A DNA stretch of 61,867 nt, filler included, from Chiloscyllium plagiosum (lineage: Eukaryota): NCBI RefSeq assembly GCF_004010195.1. It is 5 parts of one record of this genome, joined end to end, with 100 filler letters (N's around TTAATTAATTAA, not from the genome) between each part and the next. Parts side by side here need not be neighbours in the genome. Positions count along the whole stretch, not along the records: positions 1 to 25,583 come from NC_057714.1; positions 25,684 to 39,194 come from NC_057714.1; 3 more parts are not named here. One strand, 5' to 3'. The first letter of the stretch is position 1. Each line of letters opens with the position of its first letter. The position numbers were made by a program, and so were the translations under genes. The notes beneath the pieces are model-generated. The model ran no database searches. It saw only the letters and a program-made list of their open reading frames with translations, and was not told where the DNA came from. Positions 25,238-38,733 of this stretch are shown here, one piece after another.

Positions 25238-25583
25238 CATAGAACAACGAACAGTACAGCACAGAACAGGCCCTTCGGCCCACGATGTTGTGCCGAACAT
25301 TTGTCCTAGCTCAAGCACCCATCCATGTACCTATCCAATTGCCGCTTAATGGTCACCAAAGATTCTGACTCTACCACTCCCACAGGCAGCGCATTCCATG
25401 CCCCCACCACTCTCTGGGTGAAGAACCCACCCCTGACATCTCCCCTACACCTTCCACCCTTCACCTTAAATTTATGTCCCCTTGTAACACTCGGTTGTGC
25501 CCGGGGAAAAAGTTTCTGACTGTCTACTCTACCTATTCCTCTGATCATCTTATAAACCTCGATCAAGTCACCCCTCATCCTTC
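25238..25583 (-). mobile_element. Young CR1 (HER1-like) LINE 3' end, cut by segment end
   Basis: Open ORF MRGDLIEVYKMIRG...TRGHKFKV...FFTQRVVGAWNALP plus 3' UTR and ttctatg-type tail. Confidence 0.92.
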
Positions 25584-25683
25584 NNNNNNNNNNNNNNNNN
25601 NNNNNNNNNNNNNNNNNNNNNNNNNNNTTAATTAATTAANNNNNNNNNNNNNNNNNNNNNNNNNNNNNNNNNNNNNNNNNNNN
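25584..25683. other. Artificial segment linker (N44-TTAATTAATTAA-N44)
   Basis: Identical 100-nt spacer with six-frame stops, repeated four times in the window. Confidence 0.98.
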
Positions 25684-27445
25684 AGTCTTCTCACCCTCCC
25701 CCCGCATTGGAGTTCTCAAAAAACTAAGACGGCAGATGCTTGAACTAATACAGCATTTGGGCTTGGTGGAAATATAGGAGAAATCGCTTACCCCAAGAGA
25801 TAAGTTAATATGTAGTTTCAGTTGAAGCGTGACCAAACATGAGGGAAAATTTAAATAACTGGAGATCCAAATTCATGACAGGAAGGTGGGATTCCAGATG
25901 GCAGAGAAAGATGTGGACAGAACACTTAAACTGGTGGTGAAAAATGGAAATGAGAAGGTTGGAACTGAAGTAATTTAGGTAGAGATGAGAACTGGTAAAG
26001 ACCAGAGGTCACTTGAGTGACTCAGTTGCAGGTCCCCGAGTGATAGATTGGAAACTTTTTAGAAATTTTCAGCGATTGTCATGAAGGATTTTATTATGCG
26101 TGTACTGGAAGGATCAGGTGAACAAAGGGAGCCTGTATGAGGAGTTCATGGAATATTTCAGTGATCGTTTCTCAGAACAGTATGTACTGGAACCATCCAG
26201 GAAGCAGTCTGTGCTCGAGATGGTAGTGTGAAACAAGATACGATTAATTAACATGATTATGGTGAAAGCATCCCGAGGTAGCAACAGTCACAATATGCGT
26301 TCAATCAGCAGGAGATGAGCATAGGTCTCAGTCGAGTAATTTAACTTGTATAAGGGCACTTATGAGAGCATGGAATCATCCAACATGAACTGGCAATTAG
26401 GTTAAAGGTTAGATTGTTCTTTACTTGGGTTTTCTGAAGATATTTGATAAGATTCCAAATTAAATGTTATTGCAGAAAATGACGTGACATAACATGTTAG
26501 CGAGGATAGAGGATTGACTAGCTTGCAGGGATTGAAGGAGGGTCATTGAGCTCAGGAAAAAAACTCTGCTTTTCATTACAGAGATGCTGCCAAATCTTTT
26601 GAGTTTCTCCAGCAATTTCTGTTTTTGTTCAGATTTCTAGCATCTGTAATTCTTTAGTAAACCAGGAAACCTCTTTTTATTTCCAACATCAAAACAGTAT
26701 GCTGCTGAAATGGAATGAAAAATATACCAACTATGGAGTTAAATTATTCATTAATGAGACATGATTTGGAATAAATCTTGCGTGGAATCATATAGTGCAG
26801 AAGTATGCCATTCAGCTCATCTCTTCCATATTGGTTCTTTAGGTCACTTGCTTTCCTTTCTGATAATAGTTCTGCAAATTTTCAGTTAATTTATCAGTTG
26901 ACCTTTGAACATCCCTATTTATTCTGTTTCCACAACACACTCAGACGGTGCTTTCCAGATGATATATTGCATTAAAAAAAAGCTTTGTCTTTCACTGTTT
27001 TGCCATTTGATTGTTGTTTGTTCATCCTCGTTATCATTATAGAAAGATATTGTAATTTTAGTACCTCTTATGCATCTTCCCATGAGCATTTTTGCTGTTA
27101 GGAGACCATCCACAATCTCTCCACAAACACAAGTCCTTCATTCCTGGATTCGTTTTATAAACCTCCTGCTCTGCAACTTCACAAGACATTGCAGTATGTA
27201 TGTGTGCACGTGTGCATGCATCTGTGTGTATGTCTAGAAATTTCCCACAAATGTTTACGACTTCAAACAAAATACTGTGTTTCATTGAGGGGTGGGGGGA
27301 ATAATGAATAATAGGTTAGCTCAACATAATTTACGATTTTTGAGTTGAGCATATGTTAATGTTCAGAAAGTTGGACTATTTGTTCTTGTTCCTGTCATTT
27401 CAGATCTTCAATACCTATTTATTTGCTTTTTAATTTTATGTTTAG

Positions 27446-27573
27446 GCATCTCGACTGAGAGAAGAAGCACACAACATGGGAAGTATTCACATATCTGAAA
27501 TTTGTACTGAGCTTAAAAATTTAAGGTCTTTGGTTCGGGTATGTGAAATTCAAGCAACTTTGCGTGAGCAAAG
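27446..27573 (+). CDS. WAC: WAC (WW domain-containing adaptor with coiled-coil) penultimate coding exon
   Basis: tttatgtttag|GCATCT...CAAAG|gtaaga, 128 nt. [43 protein letters not shown] matches the WAC C-terminal coiled coil. Confidence 0.96.
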
Positions 27574-28350
27574 GTAAGAAACTCTTCAGTGCAGGATTAA
27601 TTGAGTCCCAGAATGCTACAAATTTAAACTCCGTTGGACGTTGCCAGATTTAGCCTAGCTGTCAATAATTCTAGTTCTGTCCTAAATGTACTTGGGCCAA
27701 TGCAATAGTAAGAAAATAGGATTACAGATGGTAATTAATTAAGTTTGTTAAAAATAAAATGTGAATGCACATCTAAGGCACTGGCTTTGATCAGTGCAAT
27801 GTAACCTGTAAATTGCAGTTTAGCTTGAACCTGGGGGAGGGAAGGCGGGCAAGGAAAACCCTACCCACTTAACTTTGCAATCTAGATTTCCTTTTCACCA
27901 AGTTTACCTTTTATAGGCTCCTCTTTGCCTAGCAAAGCAGAACTAAGAGGGGAGAGTTATTGATTTCTGGTTATGCAGCATTTGATTCTACATGTCTGTT
28001 AAATATGTGAATTTTAGAAGAAAAATGTTGACTTCTGTTAAAGAATAGAGTTGGTTGAAAGTGAATCTTTCTTCAAAATAAGTGTTGGAGTATTAACTGA
28101 AATATTTAATGCTGCCAAGATGACTTTGTTGTGGTGGAATTAAGACATTCGTGAAACTCCATAAATAATTTGTTCCAAAAACACACAGCTTCAGGTATTT
28201 AAATGAGATCAAAGGATTAAGTTTCAGTGAAAGCATGCAAGAAAGATATTACATAATATCTACAGTTTCTTTCATTTTGACTGTAGTTTAAGCTTTGGTG
28301 TTCGTAACATGTCAATGTCGTGACTGTCTGTTTTCTCCCCCTTTTTCCAG

Positions 28351-28420
28351 GATACTGTTTTTGAGACAACAAATTAAAGAACTTGAAAAACTGAAGAATC
28401 AAAATTCCTTTATGGTGTGA
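28351..28420 (+). CDS. WAC: WAC last coding exon (to stop)
   Basis: ttttctccccctttttccag|G ATA CTG...ATG GTG TGA = [22 protein letters not shown]; phase-compatible with the previous exon. Confidence 0.96.
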
Positions 28421-30690
28421 GGACTTGTGAAGAAATTGCACATGGTTTAAAGCCAGGGACTGTAAACGTTTGCCCAGTCTTAAACAAAATTTGAGCTGCG
28501 TTTGAGAAGGCTTTGGACCGTGGGCTGGGCAAAGGGGTGGATTGGGAGGGGGATAAAGAAGGGTTCTGATTCAGGGGAGATAAGTGGTTGATTTGTAAAC
28601 CCTTGAAATGTAGATTTCTTGTAGATGTATCCTTCACGTTGTAAATATGTTTTGTAGAGTGAAGCCATGGGAAGCCATGTGTATCAGAGCTTTGACATCT
28701 GAACTAATCAATGCTGAGGTGGCTAAATACCTAGCCTTTTACATGTTAACTTGTCTGCAAACTAGCTTTGGTAATTTTCATCATTCAGTGATACGCATTT
28801 CCTAGAGTCCTGGCACCAGCCAGTGTGAATCACAGGCTGCAACAACTGGAACAGTTTGGTCAGTACACCAATTAGCATGGAGCACCTTCAGATTCCACAG
28901 ACCCAGTCAGGAGCAGCTCTGCAGACAGCTTTCTTCATTGCAAGGCAATTTCAGTTTTTTTTTTCTTAAGACATTGTGATCGAGGCATTTGGGTTCACCA
29001 ACTTTTCATTCCTCTGTACAGCAGTTTATAAGTGAAGTACTGTTGTATGGAAAAAAAACAGATTGTTGCAGTAGGTAAAGTACAAATTGATTTCTTGTAT
29101 GCCTACCTAATTGCTATGTATTTGCATTTGTGCCCTGTTTTAAAACAAAAAATGGCAGTGGGGAAAGATTGATACAGGGCATGTGTGTATTTATTAAGCG
29201 GCAGAAGCCACTCAAAAAATAGTGACAGAAGCCCAATGTTATTTGCTAACATTGTTGACGATGCAAGAAAGCCGGTCAGTCATGCAAAGATGTATGTAAA
29301 TATAATAAACTTTTGTTGTTTAAAGCACTGGGTACCCTTCTTTTTATTCAGCTGCTGCATATAGGAAGCTGAACTGCTCTAGCAAACCTGATTGGGAGTA
29401 ATCCTTGTTGGAAACTTGTTTTTCTTTGTATAGAACTCTAGCTTTCAAGAAGCAGTAATTTGTGCAAATATGGATGAAAGAATTTTTTTCGTAAGTAACT
29501 TAGTGACTAAAACAAGAATTTCAACAAGGATTTTGGGTTCATTGCCTGTAATGGCTTGTGCAAAGTTTCGGTTTACCTGTATTGCTATAATTACACATTT
29601 AATTTGAAGGTTATTTGTGTTGTAGCTAACTGTGCAAGTAAGGTGCTGACTGCTGTTCTTTTGCCATCACAATACGCAAGAACTGTGTAACTTGAGCACA
29701 CGACCATCATTGGAAAATGGTGGTGAAGCTCAGCTTTGTATATTGTTTCCTAAAGTATATGAAAAATAAAACTATGCTACCACTGGTTATGCTGTTTTTT
29801 TCTATGTAGGTATACTTGGAATTTGCCACGGTTTATTAAGCAAATCTTTTGCTCAGATAGTTAACAAAGTTGGTTTCAACTAATAATGCCTTGGACATTT
29901 ATTCACTTTCCAGCATTTCTCATACTGGCACATAATTTTATTTATATCTTGAACAGGAGTTTTGGTATGTTAGAAGAAATTTAACATTTGAAATTTATTT
30001 AATGAAGGATTATTAATTTGTAGTTTAACTTGTTCTAAGTATTAGCTTATTTGCAAATGATACTTTGTATCAAAGTATATATGTGCCCACTGAGTCTGAC
30101 ATGACTGTCATTTTAGTTAATAGGCTTTATTGTTCATTCACATTCAACAAAGGCATGAGTAATAATTAGATTCTTACTACTTCAATTGATCTATTGTTAC
30201 TCAGTTGATCTAATTTTAATAAATTGCTTCTGTTCAGTAGGCATTTGGGTCTTATTATTGTTTTGCCTGGACCTGTCATTGTATTTTGTGTTTGGTTTGA
30301 CATTACTGAAAGTCATCATTTATGTCTTTAAAGCTGCCAGTTCAAAAGTTTTCATTTTATTTTCCAATTATCATGTGTTTTGAACACCACTGTGCAGAAA
30401 GGTTTATGTACGAATAGTTTACCTATGTTGAGTATATTCAAATATGAGTTTAGTCATTTCATTTTTTTTTGAATATGAGCTTTGAAATATTGGTGCACTG
30501 CCTTTTTTGAGCAAGTTACATCAGTTGTTACCAATTTTACAAAATATTCTCTTTGAATCTTGGCTTCTGAAAATGATTTAACTGGAAGTATATTAATATG
30601 ATTCTTTTAGTTTTTAAAATGCTTTTGTTACCTGATTCTTTTACTTTGTAGATTTTAAAAATAAAAATGCTCATGTTAATTTGGCTTAGC
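28421..30690 (+). promoter_or_regulatory. WAC: Probable WAC 3' UTR with poly(A) signals
   Basis: AT/U-rich, no recognisable repeats for ~2.3 kb; AATAAA at 29765-29770 and 30660-30665, T-rich tract downstream; the end position is inferred. Confidence 0.65.
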
Positions 30691-30899
30691 AAAGAGTGCA
30701 AGGTTTTGACCGTAACACCTTTTTTTCAATTGTGGACAGATAGAGATATGAGAACAAAATGTTCTTCATTGTTGAGCTCTACAATTGAGGGGTCACCCCA
30801 CCCACTCTGACTTTATTTTACTACAGCACCAATGCAGTCCTCCCCTCCATATGAGATTTCCCTGAGCTGGTCAGGCAACTGAACTCAGGAGATAATTGG

Positions 30900-33322
30900 G
30901 AGCATGGGACTGGGGCATCATAGCGATTGCAGAAAGATGACTCACAGATGGGCAGGCCTGGTGGCTTCATGTTCCATGATATAGATGCTATAGAAAGGTG
31001 GGCAAAGAGGATTAGGGACAAAATTGCAGCTGTACTTCAGACAATATTCCTAGGAATATGTCCATGGGAGTTATTAGGGTGCAACTAAGAAATAAGAAAG
31101 GGATTGATCACCTTATTGGGATTGTATTATAGACCCCCTAATAGTCAGAGGGAAATTGAGAAACAAGTTTGTAAGGAGATCTCCGTTATCTTAAGAATAA
31201 TAGGGTGGTTATGGTAGGGAATTTTAACTTTCCAAACATAGACTGGGACTGCCATAGTTTAAGGGCTTGGATGGAGAGGCATTTAAGTGTGTACAGGAAC
31301 ATTTTCTGATTCAGTATGTGGATGTACCTACTTGAGAAGGTGTAACACTTGATCTACTTTTGGGCAATAAAACAGGGCAGGTGACTGAGGTATCAGTGGG
31401 GAGAGCACTTTGGGACAGCGACTATCATTATATTCGTTTTAAAATGGAGGAACCTTGATTATCCAAACGCCTCGTGAAGGGAGTATTTTGTTCAGGTAAT
31501 CGAAGGACTGCATAACAGTGTTTAGCCAAGCATTGGGACATTGCGACTTGCTGGATAATCCGAAATTCAGATAATTGAGGTTCCTCTGTAGTGATTAGAA
31601 AGGATAGACTGGCTCTAAAAGTTGAAGTTCGAAATTGGAGGAAGGCTAATTTTGAACGTTTTCGGCAAAAGTTGAGCTTATGCCTGAAAGATCGATTCTC
31701 CTGCTCCTCGATGCTGCCTGACCTGTCTCTTTCCTGCACCACACTGTCAACAATAACTTTCAAAAGTTAATTGGGGGTGGATCTTTGCAGGTAATGGGAC
31801 GGCTAGAAAATGGGAAGCCTTCAAAAATGTAACTGGAAAGTATATTACTGTGAGGGTAAAAGGCAAGGCTGGTAAGTGTAGGGAGTGCTGGATGCCAAGA
31901 GGAATTGAGGTTTTGGTCAAGATTAAGAAGGAAGCATATGTCTGGTATAGACATCAGGGATCACGTGACTACCTTGAAGACTATGAAGACAGTAGAAATA
32001 TATTTAAGAGGGAAATCAGCAGGGCAAAAAAAGGACATGAGATAGCTTTGGCAGATAGGGTTAAGGAGAATTCAAAGGGATTCTACAAATACATTAAAGA
32101 CTAAAGAGTAGCAAGGGAGAGACTCTGGTCCCTTAAAGATCAGCAAGGCTGCCTATGTGTGGAACTGCAAGAGGTACGGAACATACTAAATGAGTATTTC
32201 AGATCAGAGTTTACTGTGGAGAAGGATATGGAAGATAGAGAACGTGGGGAAATAAATGGTGACATCTTGAAAAAAATCCACGTTTTGGTGGAGGAGTTGC
32301 TGGAGTCATAAAACACCTAAGTTGATCAATCCCTGATGGGGGTTAAAGATTGCTTTCAAACTGGAAGCCTGTGACGAGCAGTGTGCACAAGGATTGGTGC
32401 TGGGTCTGCATTTTGTCTTTTTTTTAATGATTTGGGTGTGAACGTGGAGAGGATTAGTAATTGTGTAGGTGACACCAAACTTGGAGGTGAAGTGGACAGT
32501 GAGGAAGGTTACCTCAGATTACAACAGGACCTTGATCAGATGGGCCAAGGAGTGGCAGATGGAGTTTAGTTAAGCGAGGTGTTTTGGAAAGGCCAATTAG
32601 GACAGGACTTATACACTGGTGGTAAGGGCCTGGTGAGTTTTGCTGAACAAAGAGACCTTGGACTGAAGGTTCATAGTACCTTGAAAGTGGAGTCTCAGGT
32701 AGACAAGTTATTGAAGAAGGTGTTTGGTATGCTTTCCTTTATTGGTCAGAGGATTGAGTACAGGAGTTGGGAGATCATGTTGCAGCTGTACAGGACATTG
32801 CTTCAGCCACTTTTGGAAAATTGTGTGCAATTCTGATCTCTCATTGGCAAAATGTTCTGAAACTTGAAAGAGTTCAGAAAAGGATGGTTTGGAGGGTTTG
32901 AACTATCAGGTGAATCTGAATAGACTTGGGGCTATTTTACCTTGAGTGTCAGAAACTGAGAGGTGACCTTGCAGGTTTATACAATTGAGGAACGTGGATA
33001 GGATAAATAGCTAAGGTCTTTTCCCTGGCATGTGGGAGTCCAAAACTATAGGGCATAGGTTGAAGTTGAGAGAGGGGAGCATTTAAAATGGACCTGAGGT
33101 GTAACGTTTTCATGCTGAGGGTGGTGGGTGTATGGAATAAGCTGCTAAACGAAGTGGTGGAGACTGGTACAATTACAACATTTAAAAGTTATCTGGATGG
33201 GTATATGAAGAGAGAGGATTCAGAGGGATATGAGCCAAATGCTGGCAAATGGTTCCAGATTTATTTAGGATATCTGGTCGGCATGGACCAGAGTCTCCAT
33301 GCTGTGCATCTCTCTGATTCTA
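30900..33322 (+). mobile_element. Decayed CR1 LINE (endonuclease + RT, internally deleted) with nested MITE and PLE fragment (~31675-31750)
   Basis: YYRPPNSQ, GNFNFPNIDW, GDTKLGG, LYRTL..PLLENCVQF and RVVGVWNKL motifs with many disruptions. Confidence 0.85.
31445..31588. mobile_element. 144-bp Tigger-like MITE, same TIR family as 23826-24490
   Basis: TIRs tggaggaaccttgattatccaaa / ttcagataattgaggttcctctg followed by TA. Confidence 0.75.
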
Positions 33323-33923
33323 TCTGCAACTTGTACATTTTGAGTGCCTTACAATATATTAAGTGAATTTCACTTGCTGAGTTCGACTTTGCACATCAAT
33401 TATATGCTCTGGTATTCTTAGAATCCTAATCAGGATGCTTTTGTGTCGACGAGATTTCAAATTCAATATGCATAAATTGCAGCACCTTTCTGGCATTACA
33501 TTGTCATTATTTGTGTCAAATGTTTTGTTACAGCAGTTGTTAGATCATTTGCCTATATGCTTAGATGTATTTGGGTGCTGATTTATCACTTTCTTGGGTT
33601 GGAATGTTTAATTTGTTATAGTTAGGGTTGCAACTTGGGAGTGAGTCTTCAATACTCCACAAATGAGACACATTGGCAAACCTCATAGAGGAAGGGCACT
33701 CACTTGGCTGTTGCATTGTGAATGCACCATACATAATGCATAATTGTGAATTTGTCACACATTAGCCAGTGAGTTGTTAACTTTGTCTCCTAGCTAAGGA
33801 ACGAAGTTGGAAAATAAATATTCTGAGGTGCACATTATTTTTAAAAAGACAGTAAAATTGGAGCAAACATAGGTCTGAGAATCGAGAAGAGCGTCAGGAC
33901 ATGAGGAAGGATCTGGGCTCAGA

Positions 33924-34197
33924 AGATCACAAAATAAAATTCAAATGGGTGATGACTTAGGAATAGCAAAAGTCAGAAAAAGTTTGAGGGAGTAATTGAT
34001 AAGCTCCCCAAGAGATGTTATACCATTGGAAAGAACATTTCATGCACTATTATTGAAAATTGGAGAGATCACAAAATAAAATTCAAATGGGTGATGACTT
34101 AGGAATAGCAAAAGTTTGAGGGAGTAATTGATAAGCTCCCCAAGAGATGTTATACCATTGGAAAGAACATTTCATGCACTATTATTGAAAATTGGAG
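33924..34197. repeat. Tandem duplication (142 bp + 132 bp)
   Basis: 33924-34065 is repeated at 34066-34197; identical apart from a 10-bp deletion between aaaagt repeats. Confidence 0.95.
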
Positions 34198-34259
34198 AAG
34201 AGAAAATGTAATAGGTGTGAAGAATGTAAACAGACTGGGACTGAGGAAGAAACTGAGAA

Positions 34260-35405
34260 GATTGAGAGTGGTAGACATTGTTTACTTGGATATTAGTAAA
34301 GCCTTTGATAAGATTCTGAATGATAGACTAATGTGTGAAGTTATATCACATGGGATTCAGGGTCAGCTTGTCAATTGGATATAAAATTGACTTAATGGCA
34401 GGAGACAGAGGGTTGTTTTTGGACTGGAGGCCTATGACCAGTGATGTTCCACAGGGATTGGTGCTGGGTCCACTCATGCTTGTCATTTATACAACTGATT
34501 TGGATGAGAATATAGGAAGCATGGTTATAACTTTGCAGGTGACACCTAACTTGGTGGTATAGTGGACAGTGAATAAGGTTATCTAAGATTACAAAGGGAT
34601 CTTGAACAGGTTGGTTAATAGGCTGAAGAATGGCAGATGAAGTTTCATTTGAATAAATGAGGTATTACATTTTGGTAAAACAAACAAAGACAGGGCTTAT
34701 ACAATTAAACATAGGACCTTTAGGTAGTGTAGAACAGAGACCCAGGCGTTCAGGTACATAATTCTTTGAAGTTTGTGTCACACATCGATAGGGTAGTTAA
34801 GGTTTTTAGCGCACTTGCTTTCATTGCTCAGACCGTTTGAGTTGGGATATTATTGTTGAGATTGGACAGGATATTGGTGAAGCCTCTTCTGGAGTCCTGT
34901 GTCTATTCCGGTTGTCCTGTTATTGGAAGGATACTATTAAGCTGGAGAGGGTTCCGAAGAGATTTACCAAGATAATGCCAGGAATGGAGGGTTTGAGTTA
35001 TAAGGAGAGGCTGAATTGACTGGGACTTCTTTTCACTGGAGCTTAGGAGGTTGAGGAGCGACCTTAAGGTCATAAAGGAGATGGATAAGATGAATGGCAG
35101 GTGTCTTTTTCTGAGGGTGGGGAATTTCAAAACAACATATTTGTAAGGTGAGGAGAAAAATGTGAAAAGGATATAAGGGCAACTTTTTTTTTTACAGAGT
35201 GGTTAGTGTGCAGAATGAATATCCATGGAATGGAAGTCCACAGGAAGTGATGGATGCAGGTATAATTACATTTAAATGACATTTTTACAACTATATGAAT
35301 GAGAGAGGTTTAGTGGGATGTAGGCCAAACCAGTTTCATTCGATATTATCGTCAACATAGACTGGTTGGACTGAAGGGTCTGTTTCTGTGCTATATGACT
35401 CTAAA
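34260..35405 (+). mobile_element. Decayed CR1 LINE RT and 3' end
   Basis: VDIVYLDISKAFDK, SDVPQGLVLGP and LERVPKRFTK motifs; CR1 tail ctatatgactct. Confidence 0.85.
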
Positions 35406-36113
35406 ACTATAATTTAGCAAGTATTGTCCATAAAATGTGTTTGTAGAATGTTGTTGCAGTTTCCTAAAGCATTTGGTTTGACCACACTCTAAGAAAAGCT
35501 ATTTCATATCCTCAGTTCTGTATCAAGGCATGATTGATTAGTCATCTTATAGTGAAAGATCTACTGTGAAAGTGTGATACTACTGATTAAGTTTTGAAGT
35601 GACGTGCCTTGATCACAAACAAAAATCTTCTAATTAAACAAACCGAGTTGCACAGCGATGAGGAGATAACTGGCTACGTTGATTGATAAATCGACCAAAA
35701 GGTATGGTGGTAAATAGTGGGAAACTGTTAAAGATAAAATGCAAAGTTCGACAATGCATCCTTTTTAAAACCATCTATTAAGGAAGTCTTCATGTGGGGA
35801 AATGTGGGTTTATGAACTTTGGCATGGCAAATGGAAGAGTAATTTAAAAGTATCACATAAATGAAGAAGCACTGCAAGGTCCTCGTACATGAATCACAAA
35901 AAAGCTAGTATCCGTGCCTGGTGGATAAATAGGGAAAGCAAATGGGTTGTTGCTCCTTTCCAAGGGAATGAGGTAAAAACATGCGATCAAGCTAAAACTA
36001 TACGAGGCAGTGGTTGGAGCGTACTTGGAACACGGTGAGCAGTTTTAATCCCCTTAACTAAGGAAAAACTTATTTTGCAATTTAAATAATATTCAACTCT
36101 TCTATTCTCCCTG

Positions 36114-36315
36114 GGAGAAAGTGAGGACTGCAGATGCTGGAGATCAGAGTCTAGTGTGTAGTGCTGGAAAGGCGCATCAGGCCAGGCAGCATCCGAGGAG
36201 CAGGAGAGTTGACTATTCGGGCATTGTTCTGATGAAGGACTTATGCCCAAAACGTCGGTTCTCTTGCTCGGATACTGCCTGGCCTGTGCTTTTTCAGCAC
36301 CACACTTTCGACTCT
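36114..36315. mobile_element. Older short inverted-repeat PLE pseudo-LTR insertion
   Basis: Same architecture as 9341-9547; inversion point inside the hammerhead region; cores degenerate. Confidence 0.8.
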
Positions 36316-38733
36316 CCTCCCTTCCAGAGTTTACAACCTAACGTTTTCCCATATTATATTCCACCTGCCAAGTATTTGCTTACTCTGTAATCTGTCTGTA
36401 CTCCCTGTGGATTCTATCATCATTGACATTGAATATATTTTGGAACGCTACTGATCAATGTAGTCCTGTGAAGACTGATGCCAAGTATTTATTTAACTCT
36501 CTACCATTCACTGGTTCTCTACTATTATTTCCTCAGTTTGTGCCAGTGTGTACGTTGAGGGATGGTGATAAAGCTGAGACAGGATGTAATGAAGGCATTC
36601 ATGAATGACATTTTCAACAGCAGTTGTTTTGCAACTGATGAAGTTGATCAGTGATGTGGAGATGAAATAGAATAATATGTGATTGAACATCATGGGGTCA
36701 AAATTAACACTATTGTAGACCTTTAGACAAAAGACTGTTTACAACATTAGGAGAAAGAAGATGTTGATAGCAGAGTAGTTATTTCAAGTGGAGAGAGAAA
36801 GCATCACTTCAATTTTTGCAAAGTTGGAAGCAATTTCTCATCCAAATTTTCATGTCAAAACAGCAAGTTGGTTATGTACTTACACTGAAGCAGTTGAGAG
36901 AAAATGCTGGTGGGGTTTGGTTTTCAGTGTACATTTGAAAACATGATGCTGTGCCTTTGGATGATGCTGCTATAGGGCAACATAGAGATAAGAAATAGAA
37001 ATCATGAGAGATGGATCCTTGGGGGTCTCCGAATGAGCTGCATGGCGGTAGGATGAGACACCACTACAAGTATTTCAATGTAATTGGTCATCCAAGTACT
37101 TTATGATCTAATTTTTAGAGTTTCTTTTCTAAGCAATTATTGGTGCTTACTACCATGCTGCCACCACCACTCTACGATGTAGTATAATATACTGGTGATC
37201 AGTAGTATAACTAGCATGTTGAGATACTTACGTTAGCTTCCATAACACAAATATGAGATGTGGGTCGCGTACCACTGAAGAATCCAATAATCTCTTAGTG
37301 CAGCACTCAACATCTGCATTTGTCGTTTAAAAACACAGGAACATCTGTGTAGGGATCAACCTAAGCAATTCAATTATACTGTAGCATGCTTCCTACTGTG
37401 TGATACAGCATGAAGACAGAACCCAGGTGAGAGAGAGATAGTTTTAGATCATAAGGTAACACGCTTTGACAGTGGTTTTTGACAGGAATGCTGCAGCAAG
37501 GTGAAAAACGTGCTGCAAAATTCTTTGGAAGCAGCACTGTTTCTCTCAGATTCCCAATACATAGCGCTTCATTCTTGTGCATGTGTGGAAGATAAGAAAT
37601 CCGCTTGCCCTGCACGGGCCCAAACGTTTGGCCTAACCACGTACAATGATTGAGGATGAGAAGAAACAGTACATATTCAGTGAAGAGGTGTGTATTTTTT
37701 CAGCTGGTTTGCTTGGCTGGACATGTTTCCATGGTAGCATGGGTTTTTGTTTGTTCCTTTTTTAATTGAGCTTTTGATCTAAGAAGAAAATAGATAAATT
37801 GTTCTGTGCACTGTCCCTTTCTAGGAAGACAGTGACTGTAAAAAATACATGTAAATTTGATGTTTATGAGCAATCAGTTCAGCTCTAACAAATGGATGTT
37901 CTGTGGAATTTCATTTCATTCAAGCATGCCATGTTACTGCAAAGGTCGGGAACCACTCGGCTCTGATACAGTGATGATATCATGAGTCGCCCTTAAAAGT
38001 ATATTGCATGTCTGCTGTGAGACATAACCTGACTGTACCTGACTTCATGGTTAGTCTTCTTCGATACGATCAAAGCAGATTAGTTGATTATGTTTTTGAT
38101 GTTTGTAGATGTCATGCTTCACACAAGTTGCCTGCATTTTTTGCCTTAAAAATCAGTGCTGACAAATGATCGCAAAGCACTTTGGCACATGCTGAGGATG
38201 TGAGCAAAACAATATTTATTTATTTCTCTGCTGTTATATTAATCTGAATAATTTTTGGTCTCTGGTGTTAACTTGCATTGCTTAATGGAGTGCTGGGAGG
38301 CTTAGGTTTTGTGTGATCTCTATGGGTATCATAGACTTAAGTGTAGGCAATGTTTTCTTAATGTAAGACAGCTTTTTATTGTTAGTTGCATGGCTCAGGG
38401 GGAATGTAGTCTGCAATTTCATTTGTAGGATTTCAAAGGGAAGAAAACAGCTGTAAATATTTAAAGGAGTAAGCATGATCTGTGATACCCATAAGTGAGG
38501 AGAAAAGAACTGTGAAGCCATTTTGTGTGGCTGCAGCAATTAAACTTTGGGCTAATTATAGTTATAAGTGCAGTTAATTGTACTTCCCAGAACAAAATTT
38601 CTTGAGCTAAGCAATAGGAGGAATCACTAATGAAGAAAATTAGACAATGAGAGTTGTGCTCAAAAATGCGTAAGTGTTAACTGAAATCATATTGTCACAA
38701 TATTAGCTAGGGAAAAGATCATTACTTGACCGT

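Noticed and set aside
36400..38730. Repeat-poor stretch downstream of WAC as a gene or enhancer
   Set aside because: No recognisable exon or motif; conservation cannot be assessed without alignment.
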